A stretch of 62,074 nt of DNA, filler included. It is 4 parts of 4 records of this genome, joined end to end, with 100 filler letters (N's around TTAATTAATTAA, not from the genome) between each part and the next. Parts side by side here need not be neighbours in the genome. Positions count along the whole stretch, not along the records: positions 36,176 to 62,074 come from DRR723986_6298; 3 more parts are not named here. One strand, written 5' to 3'. The first letter of the stretch is position 1; each line of letters opens with the position of its first letter. The notes under the pieces are model-generated. The model saw only the letters and a program-made list of their open reading frames with translations, did not search any database and had not been told where the DNA came from. The translations under genes were made by a program, and so were the position numbers. Positions 37,376 through 47,046 of the stretch are shown in pieces.

Positions 37376-39901
37376 CTATTCGCGCGCCCGTAACACGCCA
37401 GCCGGGCGCGCGGCCAAGGGGCGCCAGGCAAAGGCCATGCCGGCCCCCAATGTTGCCAAGACGCCCCCCGCCAAAATGGCGATGGCGGATGGCCAGACCA
37501 CGCTGTAGCGGGTATCAAGCACGAAATGGCTGATGGCCCAACCGCCGGCGATGCCAGCCCCCAGGGCCACAACCGCGGCACCCAAGCCCAAGAGGGCTGC
37601 GCGCAGGGCAAAACTGCTGAGGATTTGCCGGCGTGTGGCGCCCAAGCTGCGCAGCACCGCGGCCTCGTAGCGGCGCGCGGGCTCGCCCGCGGCGGCGGCA
37701 CCGATCAACACCAAAAACCCGGTCAGCAGGGTGGCAGCGGCCCCCCAGCGGGTGGCGGCCGCGATGCCATCGAGCACGGTTGAGACCTGGGTGATCGCCT
37801 CGCGGACGCTGATGGCGGTGATATTGGGATAGGCGTTTGACACGCTGCCCAAGATCCGCGCCTCGGCGGTGGGGGCGGCATAGACCGTGGCGATAAAGCT
37901 GTGCGGCGCGCTGGCCAGGGCTGCCTGGTTCATGACGATCACAAAGCCCATACCGGCATTTGAGAAATCGACCGCGCGCAGCGAGGTGATGGTGGCGGTG
38001 ATCTCGCGCCCGAGGATATTGACGGTGATCGTATCGCCAAGCCCCACCCCCAGCTCGGCCGCCTCTTCGGCGGCAAAGCTGATTTGGGGCGGGCCCTGAT
38101 AACCCTCGGGCCACCATTGGCCGGCCACGATTGTGGTGCCTTTTGGCAGGGCATCGGCGTAAGAGATGCCACGATCGCCGCGCACCACCCAATGCTCGCC
38201 CGCCACCTCGAGCGCGGGGCGGTCGTTGATACGGGTCACAACACCGCGCAGCATCGGGGCGCTGTCCATGCGGGTGACATCGGGGTCGCTTTGCAGCTGT
38301 TGGGCGATGGCTGGCATTTGATCGCGCTGGATATCGAGGAAGAAATACGACGGCGCCACATCGGGCAGGTCGCGTGCGATGGCGCCGCGCAACGTGCCGT
38401 CGATTTGGCCCACTGCGGCCAGCACCGTAAGCCCGAGGCCCAGCGAGAGCACTACCGATGTGGCCTCGTCGCGGCGGGTGGCGATGGCGCCCAGGGCCCA
38501 GCGCAAGGTGGGGGTGCGGCTGGCGCTGCGGCTGTGGGCGGCCAGTTTGCGCAGGGCGATGGCGGCCAGTGCCAATAGTGCCAGCGCGGCCAGCAGCCCG
38601 GCGGCGGTCCACAGGGTAAGGGGCCAATTGCCCGAAAACCACCCCGCCGCGCCCACCAAAAGCGCAATCAGCGCCAGTGTGGCGGCCAAAAACACTGGCC
38701 GCGGCAGGGGCGAGGCGGCATTGCTGCCGTCACGAAACAGCGTGGCCGCGCGAATGTCTTCGGTGCGCGCCAGGGGCCAGAGGGTAAACAACAGCGCGGT
38801 CAATATGCCGTAAATCGCCGCCTCGATCAGGGGGGCAGGATGCAGGGCAAAGACCGAAGGCACCGGCAATTGTGCGGTGATCAAGGGCGCCAGGGCCAGC
38901 GGCACCAGCCCGCCCAGGGCTAGCCCAAGGCTGATGCCCACGATCGAAAGCGCCCCGATTTGCAGCATGTAGGTTTGGAAAATCATCCGGCGTTCAGCGC
39001 CGAGGCTGCGCAGGGTGGCAATAACGGTGGTTTTGCGCGCCAGATAGGCGCGCACGGCGGCCGACACACCCACGCCGCCCACCGCCAGCCCCGACAGGCC
39101 CACAAGGATCAGAAAGGCGCCCAGCCGATCGACAAACCGGGCCACACCCGGCGCGCCATTGCGGGCATCGCGCCAGCGCAGCCCGGCGTTTTCAAAGGCA
39201 CCCAGCGCCTCTGCCTTGAGCGCCTCTAGATCGGCATCTGGGGGCAGGACCAGCCGGTATTCGGTGGAAAACAGCGTGCCCGGCGCCAGCAGGCCGGTGC
39301 CGGCCAGGGCGCTGGTGGCCACCAAGGTGCGCGGGCCAAAGCCAAAGCCGCCACCGGCGTTATCGGGTTCGCGGGTGAGAATGGCGCCCAGCACGAATTG
39401 GCTGCCGCCCAGGGCGAATGTATCGCCCAGTTTCAGCCCCAGACGATCGGCCAGAATGGGGGCCATCACGGCGCCGGGCAGGCCATTTTGGCCCGCCAAT
39501 GCCTGATCGAGCGGGATGGCAGGCGCCAGGCCAACATCCCCCAGCAAGGGGTAGGCGCCATCGACCGATTTTACCTGCGTCAGGGCGCGTTCGGATTGGC
39601 CATCGCGGTTGACCACAGCCATCGAGCGGAAATCGGTTACTGCGGACAGATGCAGTGCGTGGCGTTCCATCCAGGTGCGTTCTTCGGGGGTGGCGAAGCG
39701 GTAGGTGAATTCCATCTCGACATCGCCGCCCAGCAATGTCGCGCCCTCGCGTTCCAAGCCTGCCTCGATGGCGGCACGCACCGAGCCTACGGCGGCAATC
39801 GCGGCGACGCCCAGTGACAGGCAGGCCAGAAACACCCAAAACCCCCGCAAGCCGCCGCGCAATTCGCGCGCGGCAAAGCGGGCTGCGATGGCCAGGCTCA
39901 T
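37376..39901 (-). CDS. FtsX-like ABC permease (YbbP-like)
   Basis: RELRGG start, LLGGD, duplicated permease domains, PSYFFLDIQ. Confidence 0.9.
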   Translation of the reverse strand: MSLAIAARFAARELRGGLRGFWVFLACLSLGVAAIAAVGSVRAAIEAGLEREGATLLGGDVEMEFTYRFATPEERTWMERHALHLSAVTDFRSMAVVNRDGQSERALTQVKSVDGAYPLLGDVGLAPAIPLDQALAGQNGLPGAVMAPILADRLGLKLGDTFALGGSQFVLGAILTREPDNAGGGFGFGPRTLVATSALAGTGLLAPGTLFSTEYRLVLPPDADLEALKAEALGAFENAGLRWRDARNGAPGVARFVDRLGAFLILVGLSGLAVGGVGVSAAVRAYLARKTTVIATLRSLGAERRMIFQTYMLQIGALSIVGISLGLALGGLVPLALAPLITAQLPVPSVFALHPAPLIEAAIYGILTALLFTLWPLARTEDIRAATLFRDGSNAASPLPRPVFLAATLALIALLVGAAGWFSGNWPLTLWTAAGLLAALALLALAAIALRKLAAHSRSASRTPTLRWALGAIATRRDEATSVVLSLGLGLTVLAAVGQIDGTLRGAIARDLPDVAPSYFFLDIQRDQMPAIAQQLQSDPDVTRMDSAPMLRGVVTRINDRPALEVAGEHWVVRGDRGISYADALPKGTTIVAGQWWPEGYQGPPQISFAAEEAAELGVGLGDTITVNILGREITATITSLRAVDFSNAGMGFVIVMNQAALASAPHSFIATVYAAPTAEARILGSVSNAYPNITAISVREAITQVSTVLDGIAAATRWGAAATLLTGFLVLIGAAAAGEPARRYEAAVLRSLGATRRQILSSFALRAALLGLGAAVVALGAGIAGGWAISHFVLDTRYSVVWPSAIAILAGGVLATLGAGMAFAWRPLAARPAGVLRARE

Positions 39902-40590
39902 GCGGCACCTGCCGCGGCAGGGGTTTCGATATGGCCATCGCGCAGGCGGATCACCCGGTCGCATCGGGCGGCCAATTCATTGGAATGGGTGACCAGCACC
40001 AAGGTGGCGCCGTGGCGATCGCGCAGATCAAAGAGCAAATCGATGATGGCCGCGCCTGTGCTGCCATCTAGGTTTCCTGTCGGCTCGTCAGCCAGCAGCA
40101 GCTTGGGGCGGGGGGCGGCGGCGCGGGCCAGTGCCACGCGCTGTTGCTCGCCCCCTGACATCTGCGCCGGATAGTGGCCCGCGCGATGGGCCAGCCCCAC
40201 GGCGTGCAGTTCTTCTTGCGCGCGGGCATGGGCATTGGGGTGGCCGGCCAGTTCAAGCGGCGTTGCCACGTTTTCCAGCGCGGTCAGGGTCGGGATCAGG
40301 TGAAAGGATTGAAACACCACCCCCATGGTGCCGCGGCGAAAGCGGGCCAGCTGATCTTCGCTCATCGGGCTGAGATCCTGGCCCAAAACCTGCACCTGCC
40401 CGCTGCTGGCGCGTTCCAGCCCCCCCATCAACATCAAAAGCGATGATTTCCCCGAACCGGACGGCCCAACAAGGCCCAAGGTTTCGCCGGGCAGGACATT
40501 CAGATTAATGTGATGTAGGATATCCACCCGACCGGCATTGCCATCTAGCGATAAAGACACATCTTTTAACGAAATAACGGGGGTGGTCAT
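39898..40590 (-). CDS. ABC ATPase (YbbA-like)
   Basis: GPSGSGKS, MSGGEQQRVA, ADEPTGNLD. Confidence 0.92.
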   Translation of the reverse strand: MTTPVISLKDVSLSLDGNAGRVDILHHINLNVLPGETLGLVGPSGSGKSSLLMLMGGLERASSGQVQVLGQDLSPMSEDQLARFRRGTMGVVFQSFHLIPTLTALENVATPLELAGHPNAHARAQEELHAVGLAHRAGHYPAQMSGGEQQRVALARAAAPRPKLLLADEPTGNLDGSTGAAIIDLLFDLRDRHGATLVLVTHSNELAARCDRVIRLRDGHIETPAAAGAA

Positions 40591-41293
40591 GACTGCAGGC
40601 CTTTCTAAACTCTTTGGTTCATATGGGGTGTTTGCGCGGTGGGGCAAGATGCTGGCGGCGTGTGTTTTTTTGTCGGGCCCTGCCATGGCGGGGGCGCATA
40701 GCACCACGGGGCCGGTTGTGGTGGCCTTTGGCGACAGCCTGACCCAAGGCTATGGGTTGTTCGAGGATGATGGCTTTGTGCCGCAGCTGCGCCGCTGGCT
40801 TGCGGAAAATGGTGCGCCGCCCTTGCGGGTGGTCAATGCCGGTGTCTCGGGCGATACCAGCGCGGGTGGTTTGTCGCGCATCGGCTGGACGCTGACCCCT
40901 GATGTTGATGCCATCATCGTGGCCTTGGGCGGCAATGATATGCTGCGCGGCATAGACCCGACTGTCACGCGTGCCAATATCGACGGTATTTTGGCGGCCG
41001 CCAAAGAGGCGCAAGTGCCGGCGCTGTTGGTGGGCCAGCAGGCGCCGGGTAATTTTGGCCCCGCCTATGCCGATGCGTTTAACGCGATTTGGCCCGATAT
41101 GGGGGCGAAATACGGGGTGCTTTGGGTGCCAAGCTTTTTCGTTGGGCTGGGCGATGCGCCCGACCCCGCCAGTATGCAGCCGCTTTTGCAGCCCGATGGT
41201 ATTCACCCAAATGCGACAGGGGTTGCGCGCATCGTCGAGGGGCTGGGCCCCTATGTTTTGCAGCTGTTAGCGCAGCTGCCAGAGGGCAGCTAG
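40589..41293 (+). CDS. SGNH arylesterase/thioesterase (TesA-like)
   Basis: FGDSLT, NAGVSGDT, LGGND, DGIHP; start uncertain. Confidence 0.88.
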   Translation: MTAGLSKLFGSYGVFARWGKMLAACVFLSGPAMAGAHSTTGPVVVAFGDSLTQGYGLFEDDGFVPQLRRWLAENGAPPLRVVNAGVSGDTSAGGLSRIGWTLTPDVDAIIVALGGNDMLRGIDPTVTRANIDGILAAAKEAQVPALLVGQQAPGNFGPAYADAFNAIWPDMGAKYGVLWVPSFFVGLGDAPDPASMQPLLQPDGIHPNATGVARIVEGLGPYVLQLLAQLPEGS

Positions 41294-42630
41294 GGGGCGG
41301 CCAGGGGGGTGGTGCCGTCGGCATGGGTGGTGGTGGCATCGGCCTCGGGGATGGGCAGGGTAATGATTGCCTCTGCCCCGCCTTCGGCCAGATTGCGCAT
41401 CAAGATACTGCCGCCCATAGCCTCGGCCTTGATGCGGGCGATAGACAGGCCCATGCCCGCACCAAAGGTGGTGCCGCTGGCGCGTTCTAGCCGCTCAAAG
41501 GGTTGAAAGGCCATGTCTGGGTCGGAATTGCCAAAGCCCCGGCCGTTGTCGCGCACGCTGATATGGCGGGTTTTGGGGCTGGCCTCGGCGGTGCTGATCC
41601 AGACATGGCTGCCATGGCCCGCATAGCGAATGGCATTTTCCACCACTTGGGCAATGCAATCTTGCAGCAAGCTTGCATCGGCCAGCACCTCTACATCCAG
41701 CCTTTCGGTGTGAATGACGATATGGTTTTGAATGGCCTCACGCTCGTAGGCTTCGATCACCCGGCCAACAACATTGGCCAGCACCACCGGTGCCCTGCCA
41801 ACGGGGGCACGGCGGGCGGCCAGATCGGCGAAATGCACGGTTTTTTCAACCGTGCCCAGCAGGTCGTTTCCGGCGGCGTTGATCTGGGTGGCATAGCCTG
41901 CCAATTGCACATCGCCACGTGACACCGCGGTGTGGCGAATAACATCGGCCAGCCCGATCACCCCGTTCAGCGGCGTGCGCAATTCGTGACTGATACCGGA
42001 TAAAAACACGGTTTTTGCGCGGTTCGATTGCTCGGCGTCGCGGCGGGCATGTTCAAGATGCTTGGCAAACCGCCCGGTGACGATGGCGAAATAGGCAACC
42101 TGATAGATCACGATGATAAAGGTCATGATCACCGAAAGCGGCGCCACATAGGTGCCGGCAACCTCGGCCCCGACATCGTAGGTTTCGATAATATCGACCC
42201 CCAGCATAAAGCGCACCATCCACAGCACCACGGGCAGTGCGGCCAGCACGATAATCATGCTCAAGTTGCGGTTGAGGTAAAACAGCAAAAACGGCAGCCC
42301 CGCCATGCCAAAGAAAATGACATCTAATTTGCTGTCTGGATGGGCCGAAAACGTGCTGATGAAAATCGCCACATTGGTGCTGATCAGCCATACCAGCGAG
42401 GCGCTAAACCACAGGCCGCGGCGAAACATGAAATAGGCAAAGGCAAAGCCGGTAAAGGCGGTCGAGGCGGCAAAGATACCAATCTTTGAGCCCAGCAAAA
42501 CAGCAATGACTGTCCAAACAGCTGTCCAGAACAGGCCCATATAAATAAGCATGTCTGAAACCGAACGCAGGCGCCGGCTGTTATGATGGGCAATACTTTC
42601 TTCGTGCACGTCTAAAAAACCTGAAACCAA
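41290..42630 (-). CDS. Membrane sensor histidine kinase (orphan)
   Basis: ~6 TM N-terminus; H-box SHELRTPLNG, ENAIRY, DNGRG, FQPFER, GMGLSI. Confidence 0.88.
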   Translation of the reverse strand: MVSGFLDVHEESIAHHNSRRLRSVSDMLIYMGLFWTAVWTVIAVLLGSKIGIFAASTAFTGFAFAYFMFRRGLWFSASLVWLISTNVAIFISTFSAHPDSKLDVIFFGMAGLPFLLFYLNRNLSMIIVLAALPVVLWMVRFMLGVDIIETYDVGAEVAGTYVAPLSVIMTFIIVIYQVAYFAIVTGRFAKHLEHARRDAEQSNRAKTVFLSGISHELRTPLNGVIGLADVIRHTAVSRGDVQLAGYATQINAAGNDLLGTVEKTVHFADLAARRAPVGRAPVVLANVVGRVIEAYEREAIQNHIVIHTERLDVEVLADASLLQDCIAQVVENAIRYAGHGSHVWISTAEASPKTRHISVRDNGRGFGNSDPDMAFQPFERLERASGTTFGAGMGLSIARIKAEAMGGSILMRNLAEGGAEAIITLPIPEADATTTHADGTTPLAAP

Positions 42631-42825
42631 TCACCTAAACTTAGATCCGCGCTGCACGGCGCTATGGTGGCAGTTTATCACTAACAAAAGCTTTGTGCAG
42701 GTTTTTCGGCCCTGTCCAGCCCTACCTTTCGTATAGGTGTGCCGCCAGCTTGATTTACGAAATGCCCCTTCACAAAGCCCGAATAATTCATATATATGTT
42801 TTGGAATGTGATTTGGAGAGCGATC

Positions 42826-43254
42826 ATGCCTGTCAAGCTAACCTGCCTAGACTGTGGTCAATTAAACCGCGTGCCAGATGACAAACTGGGCCATGGGGCC
42901 AAATGCGGCACCTGTGGGGCCGGTCTGATGCCCAGTAAACCGATCGAGGTGGATCTGGCCACGCTGGAAAAAGCGGCCCGCAACGATGGCGTGCCCCTGG
43001 TTGTCGATTTTTGGGCCCCGTGGTGTGGGCCCTGCCGCGCAATGGCGCCCGAGTTTTCAAAGGCCGCACAAGAGCTGGCCGGCAAGGCGCGGCTGGTCAA
43101 GCTGAACACTGATGCCCACCAGGCGGCGGGGGCGAAATACCAAATTCGCGGCATTCCCACAGTGGCAGCCTTTGCCGGTGGCCGTGAACGGGCGCGCCAA
43201 TCGGGGGCAATGCCCGCTGCAGCGCTTGTGAATTTTGTCAAATCGGCAGTGTAG
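42826..43254 (+). CDS. trxC: Thioredoxin 2 (zinc-finger type)
   Basis: CLDC...CGTC zinc motifs plus WCGPC. Confidence 0.92.
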   Translation: MPVKLTCLDCGQLNRVPDDKLGHGAKCGTCGAGLMPSKPIEVDLATLEKAARNDGVPLVVDFWAPWCGPCRAMAPEFSKAAQELAGKARLVKLNTDAHQAAGAKYQIRGIPTVAAFAGGRERARQSGAMPAAALVNFVKSAV

Positions 43255-43289
43255 GCTGCCCCTAAACTGACCTGTTGAAAGGAAAAAAG

Positions 43290-43493
43290 ATGACCCTAGA
43301 CCGTGCCGTGATGGTTTTTGCCGGGGTGATGACCCTGTTGTCGGTGGCGCTTACCCTGTGGGTATCGCCGCTGTTTATGTGGTTTACTGTGTTTATCGGG
43401 TTTAACATGATCCAATCGTCTTTTACCGGGTTTTGCCCGGCCGCGATTGTGTTTCGCAAATTGGGTGTGAAAACCGGCTGCGCCTTTCAATAA
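43290..43493 (+). CDS. DUF2892 / YgaP-like membrane protein
   Basis: Two TM segments, QSSFTGFCP. Confidence 0.85.
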   Translation: MTLDRAVMVFAGVMTLLSVALTLWVSPLFMWFTVFIGFNMIQSSFTGFCPAAIVFRKLGVKTGCAFQ

Positions 43494-43499
43494 GGCGCA

Positions 43500-43515
43500 T
43501 TAACCGGTTCTTTAC
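43500..43515. promoter_or_regulatory. Candidate CtrA box
   Basis: TTAA-CCGGTTC-TTTAC, one mismatch to TTAA-N7-TTAAC, 35 nt upstream of ATG 43551. Confidence 0.4.
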
Positions 43516-43550
43516 CAAGAGCTTGCAGCCTGCCTGAAAAGGGGCAGGCC

Positions 43551-44195
43551 ATGCGCTACGCTATTGTTATTATTTTGTGGCTCTGGCCCTTGGTGGCCCA
43601 GGCCGGCCCGTGGCCGCGCCAGCCGGGCCAGGTATATGCGGCCCTGTCCAGCAGCTATGCGCAAGGCCGGCAGTATCATGGGTTTTACACCGAATGGGGC
43701 ACGCCCAATGGCCTGACCATGGGCATGGATATCGGCGCCGATAGCCACGGGCGCACTGCCAAGCTGATCAGCTTTATACGCTGGCCCGTGGGCCAAGGCC
43801 GCACCAGCCTGCGCTATTCCTTGGATGCAGGGATTGGCCGGTTTGGCGACTTGGGCGTTGTGCGTTTTGGCGCTGCCATGGGGGCCGGTATGCCGGTCTT
43901 TGGGCGCGATAGTTGGTGGGTGCTGGATGGTCAGCTGCTGCGCCCGGCGGCGCATTCCGCCCCAGACAGCCAGGCACAGGCGCTGTGGGGGGTGCATGTT
44001 GGCCCGCGCCACAGCCTGATTTTGGCGCTACAGGCGGGCCAGGATATGCGCGGGCGCAGCCATGCCCGATTTGCCCCAAGCTGGGTGTTCAGCCTGGGCG
44101 CGCGCGGGGCCATGCGCCTAGAGCTGGGGCTGCTGCAGGGCCTGAATGGGCCGCGCAGCAGCGGGGTGAAAATTGCGCTATGGCAAAGCCGCTAG
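43551..44195 (+). CDS. Secreted/outer-membrane hypothetical protein
   Basis: Signal peptide AQA-GPWPR; alternating beta-strand pattern. Confidence 0.7.
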   Translation: MRYAIVIILWLWPLVAQAGPWPRQPGQVYAALSSSYAQGRQYHGFYTEWGTPNGLTMGMDIGADSHGRTAKLISFIRWPVGQGRTSLRYSLDAGIGRFGDLGVVRFGAAMGAGMPVFGRDSWWVLDGQLLRPAAHSAPDSQAQALWGVHVGPRHSLILALQAGQDMRGRSHARFAPSWVFSLGARGAMRLELGLLQGLNGPRSSGVKIALWQSR

Positions 44196-44198
44196 CGC

Positions 44199-46484
44199 CT
44201 AGTTATCGATGCGCACTGTCAGCGCCATTTCGCCAGAAACGGGTGCGCCAAAGCCCAGCGTCACCTGATCGCGCGCCGCACCCTGGGCGGTGGTGCAATG
44301 GGGCATATCGTGGCGCGTGGCCCCGGCCGCGGTAAGCTGCGGCGCCAGCGACACCAGTGCCTCGATGTTTTGCGCCCAGCCGCCAAAGGGCAATGGCCCG
44401 GCGCAATCTACCACCCATGTGCTGGCGGGGGTGTTTTGGCTGTGGCGAATAACCGCCGGGTTGCGGGTGCCCCGCTCGATCGAGTTAAACGCGTTGCCCT
44501 GCACTAAGATGTTGCGGAACCGTGCATAATTCAGGCTGGCAAAGCTGGTATCGACATGGTCAATCCGCTCGATATCGCCTTGGATCGCGCGGAAAATATT
44601 GCCCGTTATCGTCAGCCCGCTAATGAAATGCCCCTGCCCATAAGGCTTGACCACGATAAAGCGAAACCAGGGCGCCACACCAATTGTCTGGAAGATGTTG
44701 TTGGTGATGCTGAGCCCGGAAAAGGAAAACTCGTTGGCAAAATCTGGGTCGGGGTCGTGTTCGTTTGTCCATTCCACCGAACAATTATCGATATAATTGC
44801 CGGTCACGGTGGCGCGGTTGTGTGACGAGGTCAGCACCAGCCCCGCGGTGCGCACGCCTTCGGGTTCGTCATCGCCCTGAAACCAGTGATTGCCCAAAAT
44901 CAGGCTGCTGGTGCCGCCCAGCACCGCAAAATGGCGAAACTGCGTGATGCGGTTATCGCGCAGCTTTACATCATTGGCATTGGCATTCAGCGCAATGGTT
45001 GTGCGGGTCTGGGCGGGTTGGCCAGTTTCATTCGATAGAAACTGGCAGCGATCCACCAGCATGCCCTGGCAGCCGCGCCCCGGGCTGGTTAGCCCGCGAT
45101 CTTTGGGATCGGTGATAAAGCAATCGCGCAGCTGAAAAATCAGCCCCTCGGGTGCCATCAAAATGCCGCTGGCCCGGCCGCGGCACAAGAATTCGACATC
45201 CGAGATCGAGAATTTCGATAGTTTCTCGAAACCGCTGAAATCAAGAATATACTTGAACCGCGTAAAGGTGAATTCCTGCGTGCCCACCGCATCATAAAGC
45301 GGGGCCGACAACACCAGCCGGGCTTGGGCCACGTTTTTCTCGCGCACATAAACTTCGCGGCCCACGCCCGCCCCCTCGACCAACGCGCCCACGGCGATAT
45401 TTGCCACATTCGCCACATTGCTCAGCTCTAGCGGGGCGCTTTGGGAATAGGTGGCAAGGCTGGTGGCCACCTCGCTATCCCAATCTGCGCTGTTTTCCAC
45501 GTAGAACTGGCCATTGCGAATATGGCGGCGCTGGGCATATTCGGTGCGGTTGGCCACGGCCGCCTGCATATCGATCGGCGCGCGCAGATTGATGCGCCGC
45601 CCCCCCAGATCTAGCCCCTCGTGATCGGCATTGTTCAAAAGCGCCTGAAACGCCTTGCGAAAGGCCTGCACCTCATCGCCAAAGGCGGCAATATAGCTGG
45701 GCAGGTCGAAATTGCGGGTCAGCGACAAAAACGCGCTGTCAGGCATGATCACGGTGCCTTCGAATTCTACAGGGTTTTCGAAAGTAACGTTTTGGCCAAG
45801 AAAATATTGGCCGGCAGGCACCTTGACCACCCGCCCATCGGCCACGGCATCGGCGGCCTCGAAGGCGGCGCTATCATCTGTTGTGCCATCGCCCACAGCG
45901 CCATAATCGCGCACATCAACCCAGCCCAGCATGTCGCGCAGGAAGACGGCGGTGATATCTTCCACCTCGATGTCATCAATGCGCACCACCCCGCCATTTG
46001 GCCCCTCAAGCTGCAGGCCAATATGGGCCGCCACCGCCCCAAGCCCCAGCGCCATATCTACACCCGTGCGTGTGCCTGTGCCCAAAATGGCGCTGACTGT
46101 TACCTCTTGGCCATAGCTTTGCAGCGCCACCGCCGGGCCGGTTTTGGGGGCATCGGCCAGGGGCGCACCTTGGGCATCAAGCGGCAAGATCGAAACCCGC
46201 AGGCTGGGCATTGCGCCCGCCATGGCCTTGACCCGGGCCGAAACCCGCAGGTAGCAGCCAGGTAAAATGGGCGTGGTGGAAAAGCTGCGCAGCAATTGCG
46301 TGCTGCTGCTTTTGAGCAATTCCAGGCATCCGCCAAAATCTGGGTCGGCCGGCACAAAGGCTGCGTTGACCACATTCTCGTAGCTGGGCGTGCCCGCGGT
46401 GCCCGCCCCAGACGACCAGTTTTGCAGCCCCGCGCTGAATGGGGCGGGGGTAAATTGCAGACCTTCGGTAATTGCCTTGTTCAT
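44199..46484 (-). CDS. Pectate-lyase-3/GH28-related beta-helix protein with N-terminal carbohydrate-binding-like domain
   Basis: VDVRDYGAVGDGTTDDSAAF motif; Asn-rich beta-helix repeats (GNHWF, GNYID, NNIF, GNIF, GNAF); no signal peptide. Confidence 0.8.
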   Translation of the reverse strand: MNKAITEGLQFTPAPFSAGLQNWSSGAGTAGTPSYENVVNAAFVPADPDFGGCLELLKSSSTQLLRSFSTTPILPGCYLRVSARVKAMAGAMPSLRVSILPLDAQGAPLADAPKTGPAVALQSYGQEVTVSAILGTGTRTGVDMALGLGAVAAHIGLQLEGPNGGVVRIDDIEVEDITAVFLRDMLGWVDVRDYGAVGDGTTDDSAAFEAADAVADGRVVKVPAGQYFLGQNVTFENPVEFEGTVIMPDSAFLSLTRNFDLPSYIAAFGDEVQAFRKAFQALLNNADHEGLDLGGRRINLRAPIDMQAAVANRTEYAQRRHIRNGQFYVENSADWDSEVATSLATYSQSAPLELSNVANVANIAVGALVEGAGVGREVYVREKNVAQARLVLSAPLYDAVGTQEFTFTRFKYILDFSGFEKLSKFSISDVEFLCRGRASGILMAPEGLIFQLRDCFITDPKDRGLTSPGRGCQGMLVDRCQFLSNETGQPAQTRTTIALNANANDVKLRDNRITQFRHFAVLGGTSSLILGNHWFQGDDEPEGVRTAGLVLTSSHNRATVTGNYIDNCSVEWTNEHDPDPDFANEFSFSGLSITNNIFQTIGVAPWFRFIVVKPYGQGHFISGLTITGNIFRAIQGDIERIDHVDTSFASLNYARFRNILVQGNAFNSIERGTRNPAVIRHSQNTPASTWVVDCAGPLPFGGWAQNIEALVSLAPQLTAAGATRHDMPHCTTAQGAARDQVTLGFGAPVSGEMALTVRIDN

Positions 46485-46591
46485 TGCCAGTCCCTTTGTG
46501 CAGCCTGGCGGCACGGGGGCCGCCCAATGCGCTGGGGCCTAACAAAAAAAGGGTTAATGCGGCCTAGGCCCACCGTAACGGTGCCCTGCCA

Positions 46592-46993
46592 TCAGGCCGC
46601 CGCGCCCGGTGCCTTTAGCAGATGCACGGCATTGATAAGCCAGCCATCCGGGCCCTTGATCATTTGGTAGTCAAGCACATGCACTTGGCCTTGCTGGTCA
46701 ACCACTTGCACCCGCTGCCATAAGCTGCCGGAAATGCGGCGCAGTTCCAAAAACCGCAGCTTTGCCGGCCGCCAAACCATGGGGTAGCCTTGCCGCACCA
46801 TCTGGCCAAAATTTTCTGCTGTGCGAAAAATTTGCTGAATTGTGGGGCTGGCAAATTCAAAGGCGCGGTCGAAATCATCGGCCTGAAAGGCCGCGATTTG
46901 CTGGTTGATCGTGGCGGTAATGGCCGCACTGTCGGCCCGCAGGGGCAGAACGCTTGTAAAAAACAGCATAAATGCCAATGCCAGATGCCGCAT
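46592..46993 (-). CDS. DUF4864 secreted protein
   Basis: Signal peptide; QIAAFQADDF..AFEFASP, MVRQGYPMVWRP, WLINAV. Confidence 0.82.
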   Translation of the reverse strand: MRHLALAFMLFFTSVLPLRADSAAITATINQQIAAFQADDFDRAFEFASPTIQQIFRTAENFGQMVRQGYPMVWRPAKLRFLELRRISGSLWQRVQVVDQQGQVHVLDYQMIKGPDGWLINAVHLLKAPGAAA

Positions 46994-47046
46994 GATCACC
47001 TCCGCCCCAACAGTTAGGCCGGGGGGGAGGTTTGGCAAGGCCGGGC

